NCBI GenBank assembly: GCA_951406725.2
Contig: OX597831.1
Location: 50,220,001 to 50,284,000, forward strand
Reading direction: 5' to 3'
Length of the DNA stretch: 64,000 nt
From: Octopus vulgaris
Lineage: Eukaryota
The position numbers and the translations under genes are program-made. The notes beneath the pieces were generated by a model. The model had not been told where the DNA came from and searched no databases. It worked only from the letters and a program-made list of their open reading frames with translations. The number at the start of each line of letters is the position of its first letter. Within the stretch, counting starts at the first letter, position 1. Positions 11,320-26,290 of this stretch are shown here, in pieces.

Positions 11320-13942
11320 CAGACCTGGGTGAAAGTCCGTTAATCCGTTAATATTTTCGTTAACGATTTAACTTTTATTATCGAACTGATTAACCTCGTA
11401 AGATTTAGCTTCCGTTGACTCAAGTCCCTTAACCCAAAACTCTTCTACTGCAGCCCCTTGATCGAAGCAGTGTTGACCCAACAAAAAGAGAGTGCAAGCC
11501 ACAGTTCACTGAAGGACAAGGCCCGGAATTTAGTAAGGATCTGTCTGGAGACCAACTCCAAAGATCTACTGACAGTTGCTGCCTTTTTCACTGAGCAAGT
11601 CTTAGGGAACTTGTACATCAAGTTCAACACAAACATCCCTCCCAGTGCTGCAGTTGAATGTTTAATTTCCATGGGCAAGGACATCTTGAGTGCCAAGAGA
11701 TCGTCCTTGTCTGATGTAAATTTTAATATGTTAATATTCATGAAGGTCAACATGAATCTCACCAACAAAATGGAGAAGAGGGAGAATTAAAGTATGTATA
11801 TATCGTGTTTTTCATTTTTTAATTTTTATTTTTTTTATAGCCACTGTATCAGTAAACTTTTGTTTTAGTCTAATACTGACATTTTGTTTCATCTGAGGTC
11901 TTTTTCTACTCTTTTCTGGCCCTAAAAGAATTTAATAATCTTTAAAAAGTGTCAAAACTATGAAATCAGCCTGTTTAGGCCCTTTGAAATCTAAAACAAT
12001 AAAATCAGCATTTTTAACTTTAAGGAAAAAAAGTATAGTTTTGGGGTTCTAAAGCCCTCAAAAAGGCCCAAAAAGCTAATTTTATAGTTTCGGCACTTTT
12101 TAACCCTTTAGTGCTTAAACCGGCCAAAACCCATTATATCTAATTCCTCTACGAAATCTTTTTAAAAACCAACAAATCACGTTAGTGAATTCTCGTAGCT
12201 TTGAGATATTGTGAGGGCTTTTCTATCAGAAAGCACAGAACTGGGAGAAATGCAAAATTAACTGAGATGGATGTCAACAGAGAAAATATTGAGTTCCATA
12301 AAGAGGAAAAAATAAGTGGAAGGAAAAAAGTTGGTAAATATTTCGCTGTGAACACAAATAGATGTTACGTGATAAGCAGGGAATGCTAGAAATAGAAGCC
12401 AAATCTTTCCTCTTCTGGAAAAAGGAGCGGTTTAGGCGTGATTTCGATGTCACATTCGTTGAAAGCATTAAAATAATCTGGAAAAGAACAAAGACTCACG
12501 AAACAAAACTCCCTTAGTGGGGAACTTCGAGGTCCCCACCATTCCTCCCACCCTTCTTTTCTGGAAAAAATGGCTTGCAGCGAGTTTGGGGGTCAGATAC
12601 TTTGAATGCACCCGAAAAAACCTGTGGAAAAAATATTCCACACCGAGGTACGAAATATTTATCGAAAGGATAAAATCTTATACCAATTATACCTGTATTT
12701 TAATTAATTCAAATTAATGTAGCTCATCATGAAAAGTGGTAATAGTTTTGTCGGTTGCCATCTAGGATGACTTTAGTAACAAATCAAACAGGTAAGATTC
12801 ATTAAGAATTTCAATTTTAGTGTTTATCCATAATGTTATTGCTTTTACACCTGTTAATAAAATTTACCTGTCTCATAAAGGTCAAATTTACTCAGCAAGA
12901 TCAACTAAAATTGCATAATAAACCAGTGGTATATAAAGCACTCACTGACAAAATTTCAAATCTCTACGTAGAAAATTTACAGAGTTACAAGCAAATATTG
13001 TGGATATCTCTCTTGAACCTGAATAATTCAAAATAACGTAAATAAAAAAGTATTGACATTAATATGAACACTAAAGATGTTTTTAGGTGTATTTTTCTTA
13101 CACACACAGATAACACATTATTATTTCATAAAACTTGTTTATGGCGAGAAAAATATTGAAAAATATCAATAGATGTATGGGTGAGAAAGAAACGAGGAGG
13201 GAGATTTAGGGATATGCTAGAAACAACAGCCAGATCTCCCTTAAATCACACTTTTCCCTCTGAAATTATTAACAATTTTTAAAAACCGAAAATGTTTCCC
13301 TCACGGGTTTTAAGGGCGGAGTGAAAAGACGAAAATGGCCAAAATTGTTTCAGACTTGGGTGCTGAGGAGGTGGAGGGTGTGAAAAAATTTTTTTGTGAA
13401 GTGATGCCTCCCATCATTCTGAATATTTGGTGTAAAACATTGGAAAAAATCCCTGTCAAAACGGAGAAATTCCAACTTAAGTGGGCCGTCTGATCCGAAA
13501 TTCAGTTTTCCTGAAACTCAACCCTCTCCCCCGCCACATTCCAAAACATTTTGTCTGCAAATTTCTTTGTAATCGTTTGAAAGGTATCTGTGTAAAATTT
13601 TATTAAAAAATACTCATTTTCCAGAAAGTTGAAGAGGATAATGTCGGATCCAGTGAATTTTCCGAAACTCCTCTCACCAAACCATCGGAAAATGTTTTCA
13701 AACAAATATTTATACAAATTTAATGTGCAGGATATAAGCGATTATTTGGTGAACGTTTCGTTAAAAAGTATCCATTTTTCTGGAAGTTATGAGGCAATAA
13801 ATTGGTGGGGTATTAAACTGTAGTTATACAGTTTTCAATAAACGTTAACTTCAACGGATTAACGACTGACGAAGTTAATTATTTTGGTTAACGGATTAAT
13901 GATTAACGAAGTTAACATATCCATTGATGGTGCCCACCTCTG
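11320..13942 (+). mobile_element. Internally deleted hAT transposon with nested cargo
   Basis: Imperfect TIRs CAGACCTGGG / CCCACCTCTG; subterminal CGTTAA/TTAACG repeats at both ends; 8-bp TSD-like CATACATA/CATGAATA. Confidence 0.8.
11458..11790 (+). pseudogene. hAT transposase C-terminal dimerisation-domain fragment
   Basis: LYIKFNTNIPPSAAVECLISMGKDILSAKRSSLSDVNFNMLIFMKVN matches the hATC P-SA-ER-FS...R--L motif pattern. Confidence 0.85.
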
Positions 13943-13955
13943 CATGAATACGTTC

Positions 13956-14068
<113 letters not shown>

Positions 14069-14201
14069 GAGAGAGGGGAGAGAAAGGGAGAGAAGGGGAA
14101 GAGAGATCACAATCCCCACAAATAGAATTAAGTATTATGAGGTCGTTGTAATTGACTTAACTAACTTGTTTCTCAAAATTTGCGAGCAAAATTTTGAGAG
14201 C

Positions 14202-14580
14202 ATTATTATTATTGAGAGAGAGAACAGCACATGTCATCAAAGTCAATTAGGGTTACAAATATACGAAGTCCCATATACCAATCATGACTATGCGTCTGAT
14301 AAGGGTAAACAAGACACATCCACCACAATATTATGTGCGCGATATGGTGACCACATATCAAGATTGACAGCGCATGATTTTGCAGGTAGGGCCCAGTTAG
14401 AATTTAATTCAGGTTGTGTAGTCCGTCCCGCTCAAAAAGGTTGTTTAAGAATAATGTATGAAACACCCATGTTTCCAGAGGTGAATTATTCGAACCCTTA
14501 ATTCTTCTTCACATCTGATTGTGATGCTCCTCCACTGTTTCTGATCGTGGTCGGAGATACACATATCGTGATAGTGAAAT
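14202..14580 (-). mobile_element. Retroposon with (AAT)n tail (older copy)
   Basis: Reverse-complement homologue of 47785-48210 (CACCTCTGGAAACATGGGTGTTTC; ACCCTTATCAGACG). Confidence 0.75.
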
Positions 14581-16369
14581 AGTGAATGAACGTAGAAAAT
14601 TTCATTGTCCGTATACTTCTGACAAAATTTTGCAAATAAATCTAACGTAATTTTGAAAGACGAAAAAATACCAAATATGTGAATCCATAAATACGAATGC
14701 TCGAGATTCAAAGATGAAGAGAGATTAATTTTATAGAAAATAAAGAAAAACGTTAGCGTGACTTGTGATATTTGATATAGAGCTTCTTTTGAGAGTGGCT
14801 TGAAAATAAGTGGCTTATATGGACTTCTATATCGATGCTCCATTGCACAACACATGCACGACACACAACTAATAATTTTGTAATTTGAATTACAATACAC
14901 TCATTGTCTACGCGCTAGAGTTTCATGTATTGCCCTTTGGCACACGAAAAGTGTTATGCCCGTAACTCTAGCATGCGTGTAGCTACTATAAGATCCCCAG
15001 ATTCAACAAATGAATATCATTAATGCATAATAGAGTAAGTAGTGAGTTACACTTTTTCTGGCATTTGTAAATCCAACTGCACACACTACGCACATATACA
15101 CATATATACGCTCCTACATACACTCAATTTTTTTTATATAGCAGAGATACATATCATGGATCTAAGAAGTATATCGAAATACAAACTGTACACTTTTACA
15201 CCCAACATTTCGTGGACTTTTGCACATTCTTTTACAGAAACTAATGCATTTCCTTGTGCATGTAAAAATACCTGCAATGTTGTCTGTTTCTATTTCTATG
15301 TGTGTTACAAACTCCAGAATGCTTTGTGTAGAGGCACTATGGGTTTTATTTCTTTTATATTTTTAATGAATCAGCATCCTGCATTAACGACTTCTAAAGC
15401 CGGTAAAATGACATACGATGGGATTAGGATGGGTGTAGTCTGTAACGTAACTCACTATGTTGCTGGCAATTTATTTTATGGACCTTGTAAAGATTAAAGG
15501 TAAAAAGTACCACCGACGGGATTTGAGCTCAGCTTGTAAACCAACGTTAGCTAAATACCACTAGAATATTCTATCCACTTCTCCAACGATTCTTTCAACC
15601 CACCGTTATTAGTGTTTAAATTTTGGCTTGATTCTGCAGTTTTGAAGAATCACTAATGCCAATGAGGAAATTAATGTTCAATATTGGATTATTAAGCAGC
15701 TATGTCATGTCTGTAAAGTATCTTGTGAAAGTTAATGGAATAGTCTCTAGTGAGATTTTTCTTTGTTTCTTTTTTGTGAGCTCATTTTATTAATGGACAC
15801 ATTAATATGTTAGAGTGGGCAAGAACAGTGAAATGCCGGAATGAAATTGTTTTACGATTTAACTCAATATCTCTCTTCTACGCTCATCGGAACTGAGGTT
15901 CACTTTGCCTGTCATTCTCCAGAGATTCTATGTCGGTCACATAGTGAGAGGTTAATTCGACAGACTATATAAGATTTTAACATATTGAGTGCGTATGTAT
16001 GTTTGTATGTGTGTGTGTGTTAAAAAAAAGTATATCGTTATTAATAAATGGTCAATAGGCAAGAGTATTATATATTTTCCGAATAACTGTGCCGTTACTT
16101 TCATGGTTTATAGTTTAATAGTGAAGTTTAGTTTAGTATCATAATGTTCTAATTTCAAAGAACATATGATTCTATGTATACAGTTGTAGAGTCAAACAAC
16201 TCAGCTCATAAACTCAAACTATACTGGTAATGTGTGTCTACTTTTTTAGTCTATACAATTAGCAAAGACTTAAAGCCTCACCTGTGTTGGTATATAGCGT
16301 TAAACACGAAACCTGAAGTTCCACTTATCTCAATAATATCACGATATATTTATATATCCATATATATCC

Positions 16370-16484
<115 letters not shown>

Positions 16485-17503
16485 CACATATAGACATACG
16501 CGCGTGCATGCACACACACACACACACACACACACCCACACACATATATATCAATAATAATAAAGGGTAGAATTAATTGATTAATTGATAATCAATAAAT
16601 ATTACCAAGTAGTTCAGTATGTTAAAAGAAGCATTATCGGTAAACTTATACAAAAAATCTATAATTATGAGTATAATTATAATTAGGGTTCAGCAAAATT
16701 TGCATCACCACATACCGAAATTTAGAAATAGCAGTAAAAAACCTACTATTCTTCTACTATAAAATATCTCCAGTATATTGCAAGCAAATGAAAATGTGTC
16801 CGAAACTCCTATTCTTTCGTTATTAATTCTCTAATATATGGGTGTGAGCGTGCGAATGTGTCTGTATGTATTTGTCTATGTGTTATAGTTCTTACGACGG
16901 TGTGTCAATTTATGTATTTCGCATGTTCTTCAAACCAATAGCATATACTTGTATATCGTAGATTATTGATACTCAGAGTATAGAATAAATAATAAGTATA
17001 ACTTTCCCTAATATATATTTCATTTGTTTATCTTGCAAGCTTTATAGTCAGTCAACAATCTACGTTCTTATACGTATACGTCCATTGCTGCTAAACATTA
17101 GCGAGAAGAAATTTCTCTACATCCTGGAAACATAAACTTCCCATAACTACAATGAGAAGAACAGTTAAAGTAAAATGGCGCATAACAATTACATTACACA
17201 AAGAAACAAGTTCTTAAGACGTAAATTCAACATTAAATAGATACAAAGTGACTTACTTACAACTACATTTTACGTATTTACGTGTCACCAGTGCAACATA
17301 CGTTTATATGAATATATGGAATAGGAAAAGTTTACTTCTATTTGAGGGCGTGATAATAGGAGGTAAAAATTTATTAGAGAAATAGATAATGATTCATTTA
17401 CTCTACAATGGCCTATTTTTCATGCACGTTCTGGATGCATGTATGCTATATAAAATAACGATAAATGTATGTGTGTGTGTCTGTATATATGTGTGTGTGT
17501 GCG

Positions 17504-17580
<77 letters not shown>

Positions 17581-17609
17581 GTGTGTATGTATGAATGTGT
17601 GTGTATGTA

Positions 17610-17647
<38 letters not shown>

Positions 17648-17650
<3 letters not shown>

Positions 17651-18514
17651 GAGGTCTGATAAATAGGTATCCAGACTATTGCCATAGTAACGAGGATAAA
17701 GCACGCAGAGTGAAGCCGCTCGGCAAAGATTGACCTTGCACACTGTTGTGCATAAACATTGAGTTCTAGCTGACTTTCGCCGTGTACAGCAGTGATTGAA
17801 AGGAAGGTGTGTAGCGTCTGATCGTCGAATTGACTATGACAGAGAAAGTTTCCATGGCGACACCTGCATAGAGGCCTATGCAAAGTTGCAGAAAGTGTAT
17901 GGAGAGGAGTGTATCAGCCGCACACAAGTGTACGAGTATTTCAGACCTACCCAAGGTGGCCTAAAAATGTCGATATTGATGTAGGTTGTGAGAGAATCGC
18001 AACCAAAACCGAAGAAAACATCGCAGATGTTCATTCAGCTGTGAGGAGGAATCGTCGAACCACCGTCGGTGAGTTATCAGAGGATGTACATATTAGTTAC
18101 GGTTCAGTCCATTATCACTGAAGATTTTGGTATTAGACGCGTGTCTGCCAAGTTTGTGCCAAACCTACTTTCAGCGGACCAAAATTGCATTCGGGTTTCA
18201 GTTGCACAAGATCTCCTTGTGTGTCAAGAACGATGAAAACCTTTATGTAAACCTGACGTAGGCCTCTAAGCAAGTATCGCGAAGCTGTTGGCAAAGTTTG
18301 ATGCAACTTTCTCTGTGATTGTTAAAACGACGATTACACACTTTACACCTTCCATCAAAGCACTACTGTAAACAGCGGAAGTGAGCTACAACGTCAAAAC
18401 TTAGTGTCCATACACAACAGAGTTCAAGGTCATTCTGTGCAAGCGGCTTCTCTCTGCGTGCTTTAGCTTCGTTACTATGATAACACTCCGGATTCTTATT
18501 GATCAGACCACGTG
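17648..18514 (+). mobile_element. Deleted mariner with long inverted termini
   Basis: TA-CGAGGTCTGATAAAT ... TTGATCAGACCACG-TG; 17684-17740 mirrors 18426-18480; HTH peptides [55 protein letters not shown]. Confidence 0.9.
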
Positions 18515-19042
18515 CATACACACACACATGTATTATGTATAGGAAATAGCTTCTAGTTTTATGTAATCATATCGAAAGATCGTTTAATCTAACTAACGGA
18601 TATTTGGTTTTCGTTTTTTCAACAGACTACACACGCACGTTCGCAAAAGCATTAAACAAGTTTTTTGCATTTACATATACATAAGTAACTGTCTTTAAAA
18701 ATACATTAGTTGCTGAAACGTACATATCTGAGTCTATCAAGGATCAAACAACACGTCGGAATGTAGCTCTTTTCTCTTAAATTCTTCCCCTGATGAAATG
18801 CCCAATCAACAATATTCGACATGGAAATTTAATTTAATTTCTCAATTTGATTCAGTTGGTTATGGAAACAGGTGCAGAAGTATGTATATATATATAAATA
18901 CATATATATGGCTGCAGGTGTATGTGTATGTATATATATAAATACATATATATGGCTGCAGGTGTATGTGTATGTATATATATAAATACATATATATGGC
19001 AAATGAAAGACGGAAGATGGAATATACAAGAATTTATTGTTA

Positions 19043-19146
19043 ATCACCACAATTGTTTCGTCACATCGATTCCTCATGGGTGGAGTGCGACACTCAACAA
19101 CTAGTTCAGGAGCATCCGGTGGTGCAGATGTATTTCGTCGGGTGAT
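19043..19146 (-). ncRNA. Degenerate type-I hammerhead with long stem II
   Basis: atcac CCGACGA ...acatc[..]gatgt... GAAA caattg TG gtgat; 5-bp stem I and palindromic stem III, but G at the cleavage position. Confidence 0.5.
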
Positions 19147-19850
19147 AAATAAATACAGCTCATTAAAATGACTGTTCCGCAATGCATGTGAGCGCATGTA
19201 AATGTGTAAGTATCTCGCCACTCAAAGATTCATCTTATATTTATCCATGTATGTGTGCAAAACTCAAGTCAACACAGTATCGATTTTTACTCCAAGGAAA
19301 CGCTGCCGATCTTTGCTGATACAGCTTGGAATATCTCACTGCAGATGTTGCTATCAGAATTCAAGAAGCTGGACATATGCTGCAAGGCATTTTCGCCTTC
19401 TAACACTAGCACCATTTCAACGCCATGGACTGGTGTCCTTTATATACCCCGAAAGTATGAAATGAAGAAATGGCAGTTTGTCGTAAATCATTTTCTTCAG
19501 TATTATAATTATTCTGTAAAATTCCCCTCTGTGTGGTTCTTGGTTAAAATAGTTAAGTTTGTTTAATTAAATTATGGCAAAATTTTAGCAAATTGAGTTT
19601 AAATTATGGCGAAATTGTTCAACTAAATTGTTGACAAAATTGTTTGACTAAATTAATACAGAATTTTAGTATGTTATATTGTAGACGCAAGTACACTGTT
19701 TCGTAATGAAGTTCGTTTTCAAGCCCGTGGTCTTGAGTTCCGTTCCACTGTCCGGCACCTTTGTCTTCTACAATAGCTTTAAGGCAAATGTGGTAAGCAT
19801 GGTAGTCGGAAATTGTATGTAAGCCTATCGTATATATATATATACATATA

Positions 19851-19885
<35 letters not shown>

Positions 19886-20270
19886 TACATATATATACAT
19901 GTATTAGAAGGTTATAACAATATATATAACATATAAACATGCATATATATATATATACATATATATAGTTATATACAGTTACATATATATATAAAACTAT
20001 ACATAACTATATATATGTATGTATATATATATATATACTTATATATATATATATACATATACATATATTCTTGTGTGTATATATATATGTGTGTATGTGT
20101 GTATATATATGCATGTATATGTATTATTTATATTATCATTTGATTGAACGCCACGCATCTGTTTTCAAGTAAATGTATCTTTATCTTTTTGATGTGACTC
20201 TACCATATACTGTTTTCTCTCTCATCCTTTTTCTAATTCCCTTTTACCCCTTCAACTTCCTCTCTCTCTC

Positions 20271-20333
<63 letters not shown>

Positions 20334-20369
20334 CCCTCTTTCTCTCTCTCTCTTTGTTCGCACATGACC

Positions 20370-20810
20370 ATCGTCCATCTTTCTATTTCTCACCTGATCA
20401 TCTTTCACGACTGGCGTAAGGACAGCACGTATCCTGTCTCTCTTTTATATCTTTTCTCTTCTCAAAGAAATATTTGTTATTTTTAGCCTCTTCCGGGTGT
20501 AACGACCTTCCATATTTGTTTTCGTTCGGTTTCCTTGTATGTCTCCACTGCCCTGTGCTTTTTTTCCCCAAATTTGACCCTCCATACGTCCCAAATCTTA
20601 TTTTGGCACGTATGGGTGCAACTGTCTTCGATGGCTCATATTCTCGTTCAATGCTCGGTATAAGGCGTAGATAGAGAACCGGCAACTGATTAATGGTTGT
20701 CCTTTATGTTACTTGTCCTGTTTTGCAACTGTTTCTCTCGTTGTTTGCGTATTGAATTCATTTCTTTCTTATTTCATGTTGTTTACTGTTTGGTGACGTC
20801 CTCTACCCAT
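20370..20810 (+). mobile_element. Repeat relic (probable PLE pseudo-LTR family)
   Basis: Reverse-complement homologue of 26800-27165 (GTGACGTCCT.TACCC end); flanked by (TA)n. Confidence 0.55.
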
Positions 20811-20847
20811 ATATACATGTGTGTATATGTGTGTATATATGTATATG

Positions 20848-20908
<61 letters not shown>

Positions 20909-20932
20909 ATGTATATATATACATATATGTGC

Positions 20933-21021
<89 letters not shown>

Positions 21022-22282
21022 CGCACACACACACACACACATATATGTATATATATTATATATATATCATAATTGCACATGAGGCGACTTCCTGATAGAA
21101 AGCGTAATAAAATCCCTCAGCTAAAAAAACAATAACATTGAAAAGTTCAACAGAAAATAAGAGTAGTCCGGTGAAGGGATAAAGAATTTAGACATACCAA
21201 CACAAGCTAAATGCTATATACTTTAGCATTTGGATACACTTGTTTCATGATTTCGAGTTCTGATGTAAAAAAAAAAACAACCTTAACTCTCCTCAGCAAG
21301 TTTTAGGAACTGAAAATACTTCTCGTCACGTTGAAGTCTGCTGGCATTCTGAATTTTAATGCACCAACATCAGATAATTTTAGTGTAAATATATTAATAA
21401 GAAGTAAATATTTTAATGCGAATATTTATATAGATATTATTAGTGTTATTGCTGTGTGTGGTAAATATGAATAATTGATAATAACAACAACAATAATGTA
21501 GGTGGTTGCATGCATAAAAAAGCGTTAGATAGCTATAAAATTAAAACTCATATTTATCATATATGATTGGAAAAAAAATGACGTTGAAAAGAAGGGAGAT
21601 GATAATAAAAAGAGAGTTTGAATGAAAGGGAGATGATAATAATGCTACTGATTCCAGCAAGGGAAGAGGCTCCTGCGTGTTTGTGTATGTGAGAATTGTT
21701 TGTGTGAATGTGTGTGTATGTGTGAATAGGTGCGAGCGACTAGAACATATGTGTGTGTGTGTATGCGCGTGTGTAATGTGTGTGAGTGTGTGTGTGTGTG
21801 CTGTGCGTAGCAGTTGATGTGTGTTATATCACATGGTGTGTGCACATGTGTATGTGTATGTCTGTGACTAAACAGTGTGCATGTGTATAAGCATGTGGGC
21901 GAAAGTTATCTTTTCTATGTAAGTTGTGTATGTTAATGCGTGTTGCGTGTGTATGTATATGTTGTCTGTGTTCAAGTATTATGTATTATGTGTGTACTGA
22001 GTTAAACAGTGTATGTGGCTGCTCATAGTGGTATGTGGTATGTATAGTGGTATGTGTCGTGACGCTACTTAAGATGGTGTGTGGGTGTGGATGATGGTGT
22101 GTGGGTGTGGATGATGGTGCGTGGGTATGTGGATGATGGTGTGTGTTGTGAGTGCTAAGAAGTGGTCAGTTCTAGTGTGTGTGGAATGGTGTGAGGTCGG
22201 AATCAGATGAAGAATGGAGGTGAGGTTGGTGTCAGAGGAAGAGAGAAGGAGAGGTGAGACCATGTGGCGCGCACGCACACAC

Positions 22283-22359
<77 letters not shown>

Positions 22360-22379
22360 CATACATTTACATACATAGG

Positions 22380-22540
22380 ATCACAACTGTCCAACGGATG
22401 GGAACGTGAAACTCTGAGTAAAAGTTTTCTGTGATGTCTTTACAGCTTTAATAAAAAAAAAAGAGCATGTTACTCTACCTTCGATATTCGATTACTGGGT
22501 TTCCACCTTGTATTGCATTTATGTGCTTACTCGTGTACAC
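22380..22540 (+). mobile_element. PLE pseudo-LTR relic with decayed hammerhead
   Basis: Same family as 50598-50866 (GAAACTCTGAGTA; TTACTCTACC; TTTCCACCTTGT); the CTGATGA box is mutated. Confidence 0.6.
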
Positions 22541-23869
22541 ACACACACATACACACACACGTATATATTATTCTAATTTTATTCTGTGTGTGTGTGTGTG
22601 TATGTGTGTGTGTGTGTGTGTACGAGTTTGTGCTTCTGTTTGTGTTTGTGAGTGTGTGTCTTTGTGTCTGTGCTTTTCATCCCCACCTCTAGCACTTGAC
22701 AACCGATGTTCTTTGGTTTACGCTCGCTAACCTGGCAGTTCAGTACATTAAGTACCAGTCTTAAAGGAAATGTTGAACCGATTTGTTTGACTAAAACCCT
22801 TCGAAGTGGTGCTGCAGCATGGCCGCAGACTCTTAGTAATAAAAGATTAAACAAAACGATTAACAGTCACAATACTAGAATCTAACGTACCATCATAATT
22901 TCATATGTACACATGTTTATACAGTTCTCTTTTAAATGTAGTTTTATTCCGATAAAACGGTATGCTTGATTGAAGATAGAATACATTATATGTTATTATA
23001 AAACAAAACTTGCTATATTGATATAAAGAAATTGTGAGAATATGATTTGGTTAATGACGGTAAGATTCCTATGGGAATATCGACAAAGACATTTAGTTAC
23101 ATGATTAGAGGAAAACTAGAACGCAAAAGATGTATTGGATAGCATCCAGAAGAAAAATAATATAACTACGAATAACTCTAAATATAGTAGTGAGTTTGTT
23201 GGGAAAATGATAAACATTGATGCTACATTTATTCACCTGAAACCTCACGACATTCTTTGTAATACACGCAAACGCAAACACAGTTAAGAAGCATCCGCTA
23301 TTGAATTAATATCTAGAGAGATGAGATAAAGTGATATGATGAAGTGCTAAATGTAATCTTAACAGGAGGGTGAACCGGAAAGTTATTTCTAACATGGAAT
23401 TCTTGCCGGAATATACAATTTCCCAGGGAATTTCAGATGACTGAACACCAAATAGATTCCATTTCTATTGTCCAATTTAAATGCTGTTATACTGGATATT
23501 TTCTAAAATGGTAAAAAGAAAAGGGATTTTACGAATATGTTGTTATATCTCCTTTCAAACTCTGAATGCGTTTCGTGGCTTATAGTTACGTCAAATGAAA
23601 ATATATATATATATTTTCCGATATGGTGTACGTCATTCTCACGTAACCTTACACCCGTCACGTAAATAGCAAAATTAAGAACACGGATCACTCGTGTTTT
23701 CTATAGGGACATATTACTGTCCATCGGTACCCTCTGTATAACACGCTAGTTAAGTAGTCTTAGGCACAGATAGAATATCGTAGATTGGATAACAGGATAG
23801 GGATAACAGAACTCTCACTTTTTTTACATATATTAAGAATTAAATAATGCCTATTATTTAATCACCAGA

Positions 23870-24145
23870 CTATTGGATGTTATAGCAGACCACTGGTCAC
23901 AGTGCACTTCCTCGCCTTGTTCTAGCTTTCGCATGGTTCCACCCAGGTGGCTAGATGGGTAGGCAATCATTCCCCGTAAATGGGACATCGTTCAATCGCA
24001 GGGTTACTTATTAAGAGCTGAGCAAATGGAGCAACGTGTGACGAAGTGATTTTGCACAAGAACACAAGGCTCTTCTGGTCTGGCGATACAAAAGACGATC
24101 TTGCGATCGTAATGCGGCACTCTAACCATTCATTAGACCACTCAC
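23870..24145 (-). mobile_element. Degenerate tRNA-derived SINE
   Basis: GAAGTGATTTTGCACAAGAACACAA core, reverse complement of the 28783 family. Confidence 0.6.
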
Positions 24146-24553
24146 CTTCTCATTTTTTATTTATTAATATATTATATCCGTAGGTGGTTTGTTGTTAAGG
24201 ATAGCAGAGGTCAACACATGTGTTTCAGATATCAATTATTAGATGTTAGCATTAGCACGAAACAAAACTAGGAAATATATTTGATCATTGCTTCCATGTT
24301 GTTTTATCAGTACTAATAGTTCGGGAAGGTCAATCTGATAAACAAAACGAACATAATGTTTGCAGTTCATATCTGTTTTATTATCAGTTGAGTAATTAGT
24401 TAATTAAATAACAATTTAATTGTTGTGTCATTGCCTTTCACCACAAAAGTGTGATATTAGCAATGACCTCCAATCCTCACATGTTTTTGCTTTTCAAACA
24501 TTACTTCTTTCTTCACACCTAACATTTATAAATTTTGGTACGTATGCTCTCAG

Positions 24554-24595
<42 letters not shown>

Positions 24596-24754
24596 TGTGT
24601 GTTTAATATTAACGGAACAGTGATGCCATGAATAGCTCCCTGTATCTTGGTGAATATCTATGAGAACATCAGATTTTATATATTCTTAATATTTTGTTTT
24701 TGCTTTCCGTTTTCATTGCATACATGTGACCGTGGATATATATATCGATATATA

Positions 24755-25860
24755 TCAGAGAAGGTGGGTAGGAGTGAAGAGAGGAAGTAGGTGTCAGAGC
24801 AAGAAAGGAGAGGTGAGTGGGACGAAGTGGGTGTGAAAGGTAGAGAGGAGAGAGGAGGAGGATTAGATGAATAGGGGAGGAGAGTTGAGCCCATGTGGCG
24901 CAAAAGATCTCACTTCACGGTGAAAACGGGAGCCCGGATGGCCCCTGTGCGAGGAAAATCCGAATACAGATGAGTGTTGTAAAGAATGACCGGTAGAGCG
25001 GAAATGGCGCGAAATCGGGGGTCATTGCCGAGTCTGATGTCTTAGAGGTGTTCCGCTAACCGGTCAGCTAAGTGGCATCCCGTTTGAACGATGTTTAGAG
25101 AAGGAGAGAGAAAGCAGGAGATACAGCAGATGACGTTGCTAGAAGTGCAGGTGAAGGAGTCAGTGATATGATAGGGTCCATAATGGGTGCCTGTGAAGAG
25201 GGTGGTGTTAGAGACGTAAGAGCAAGTGCGGGAGCGTGGGCAGGAGCATGGAAACGAGCCGGGCTGGGAAGCTGGGTTAGGAAATAAGCTGTGGACCAAG
25301 AGTTCTCGTCGTTTGTCGGATCGTTTGAAGGGTGGCAGGGGTCTGTTAGGGAAGATGTGTGAAATGGAGGGGTCGGATTGGAGTCGCCGGAAGGCTTGGA
25401 GAATGGTGCGTTGGAGAGGTACGGTGGTGGGACGGTAGATGAGGAGAGACGGGTGACGGCGGAGTGGGTGCGGGGTGGAGAAAGCAGATGCACAGTCCAC
25501 GGAACGTGAACTGGCAAGGGCGGTGTGCATAGTAGTGAGAGGATATCCACGTAGGAAGAAGTGGCGATCCATGAGTTGAGACTGAGTCTCAAAGTCACGG
25601 TCGTCACTGTAGAGCCTGCGTATATGGAGGAATTGGGAATAGGGGATGGGGAGCTTGGTGTGTTTAGGGTGGGAGGAGGAGAAGTTGAGGTATGAGTGTG
25701 AGTCTGTGTGTTTGTAGTGGATGGAGGTGGTGAGAGTGGAGTGATGAATGTTGACCGAAATGTCGAGAATAGTGCAGAAGTGGTGGGCAGGATGAAAAGA
25801 TTTAACAAAAGTGAGGAAGGAGTCCGGATCTTCGCGGGAGAGTGAGATCACATCAGTCAG
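24755..25860 (-). mobile_element. Penelope-like retroelement fragment (RT C-terminus plus GIY-YIG start)
   Basis: ORF 25042-25875: LDISV...TSIHYKHTDSHSYLNFSSSHPKHTKLPIPYSQFLHIRRLYSD (PLE RT thumb); FTCTSSNVICCISC...QTGCHLADRLAEHL (GIY-YIG). Confidence 0.9.
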
Positions 25861-25929
25861 TGCTTGTGTTGACATGTTTCTTTATCTCGAAACACAACGA
25901 TAGTGCAAATATAGTTATTGCAATGCATA

Positions 25930-26290
25930 ACTGCAACGGTAATCAATCAGTTCAAAACCTCAGTCACCGAGAGCATCCATTGAAATCAAGGACTTGCGTG
26001 CTGGAGCATTGTTCTGATGAAACAAGACCACTTTCGTCAATTCTCCTGGGCGTTTGCTCTTGACAGCCTTTCATAATTTCCTCAGCAAGCTGGCAAGTAC
26101 ACTCCATTGATGGTGTGGCTCTTTTCAATAAACTCATTAAATATAATGCCCCTTGCATCCCCAGAACGAGATGAAACGACCTCAACCTTCTTTGGAACAG
26201 TTGAGGAGGAATGTTTCCACGGCATGGATTGTCTCTTTGTCTGAGGCTCAAATTGATGAACCGAACACTCACTCTGAGTTCGAAAACGTT
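25930..26290 (-). mobile_element. Mariner catalytic-domain fragment
   Basis: KRQSMPWKHSSSTVPKK...DARGIIFNEFIEKSHTINGVY...KRPG..VLFHQNNAP. Confidence 0.85.

Noticed and set aside
18785-18840. CTGATGA...GAAA hammerhead candidate
   Set aside because: No stem I can be paired and stem II is marginal.
26010-26030. CTGATGAAAC motif
   Set aside because: Antisense of mariner LFHQN codons; no helices.
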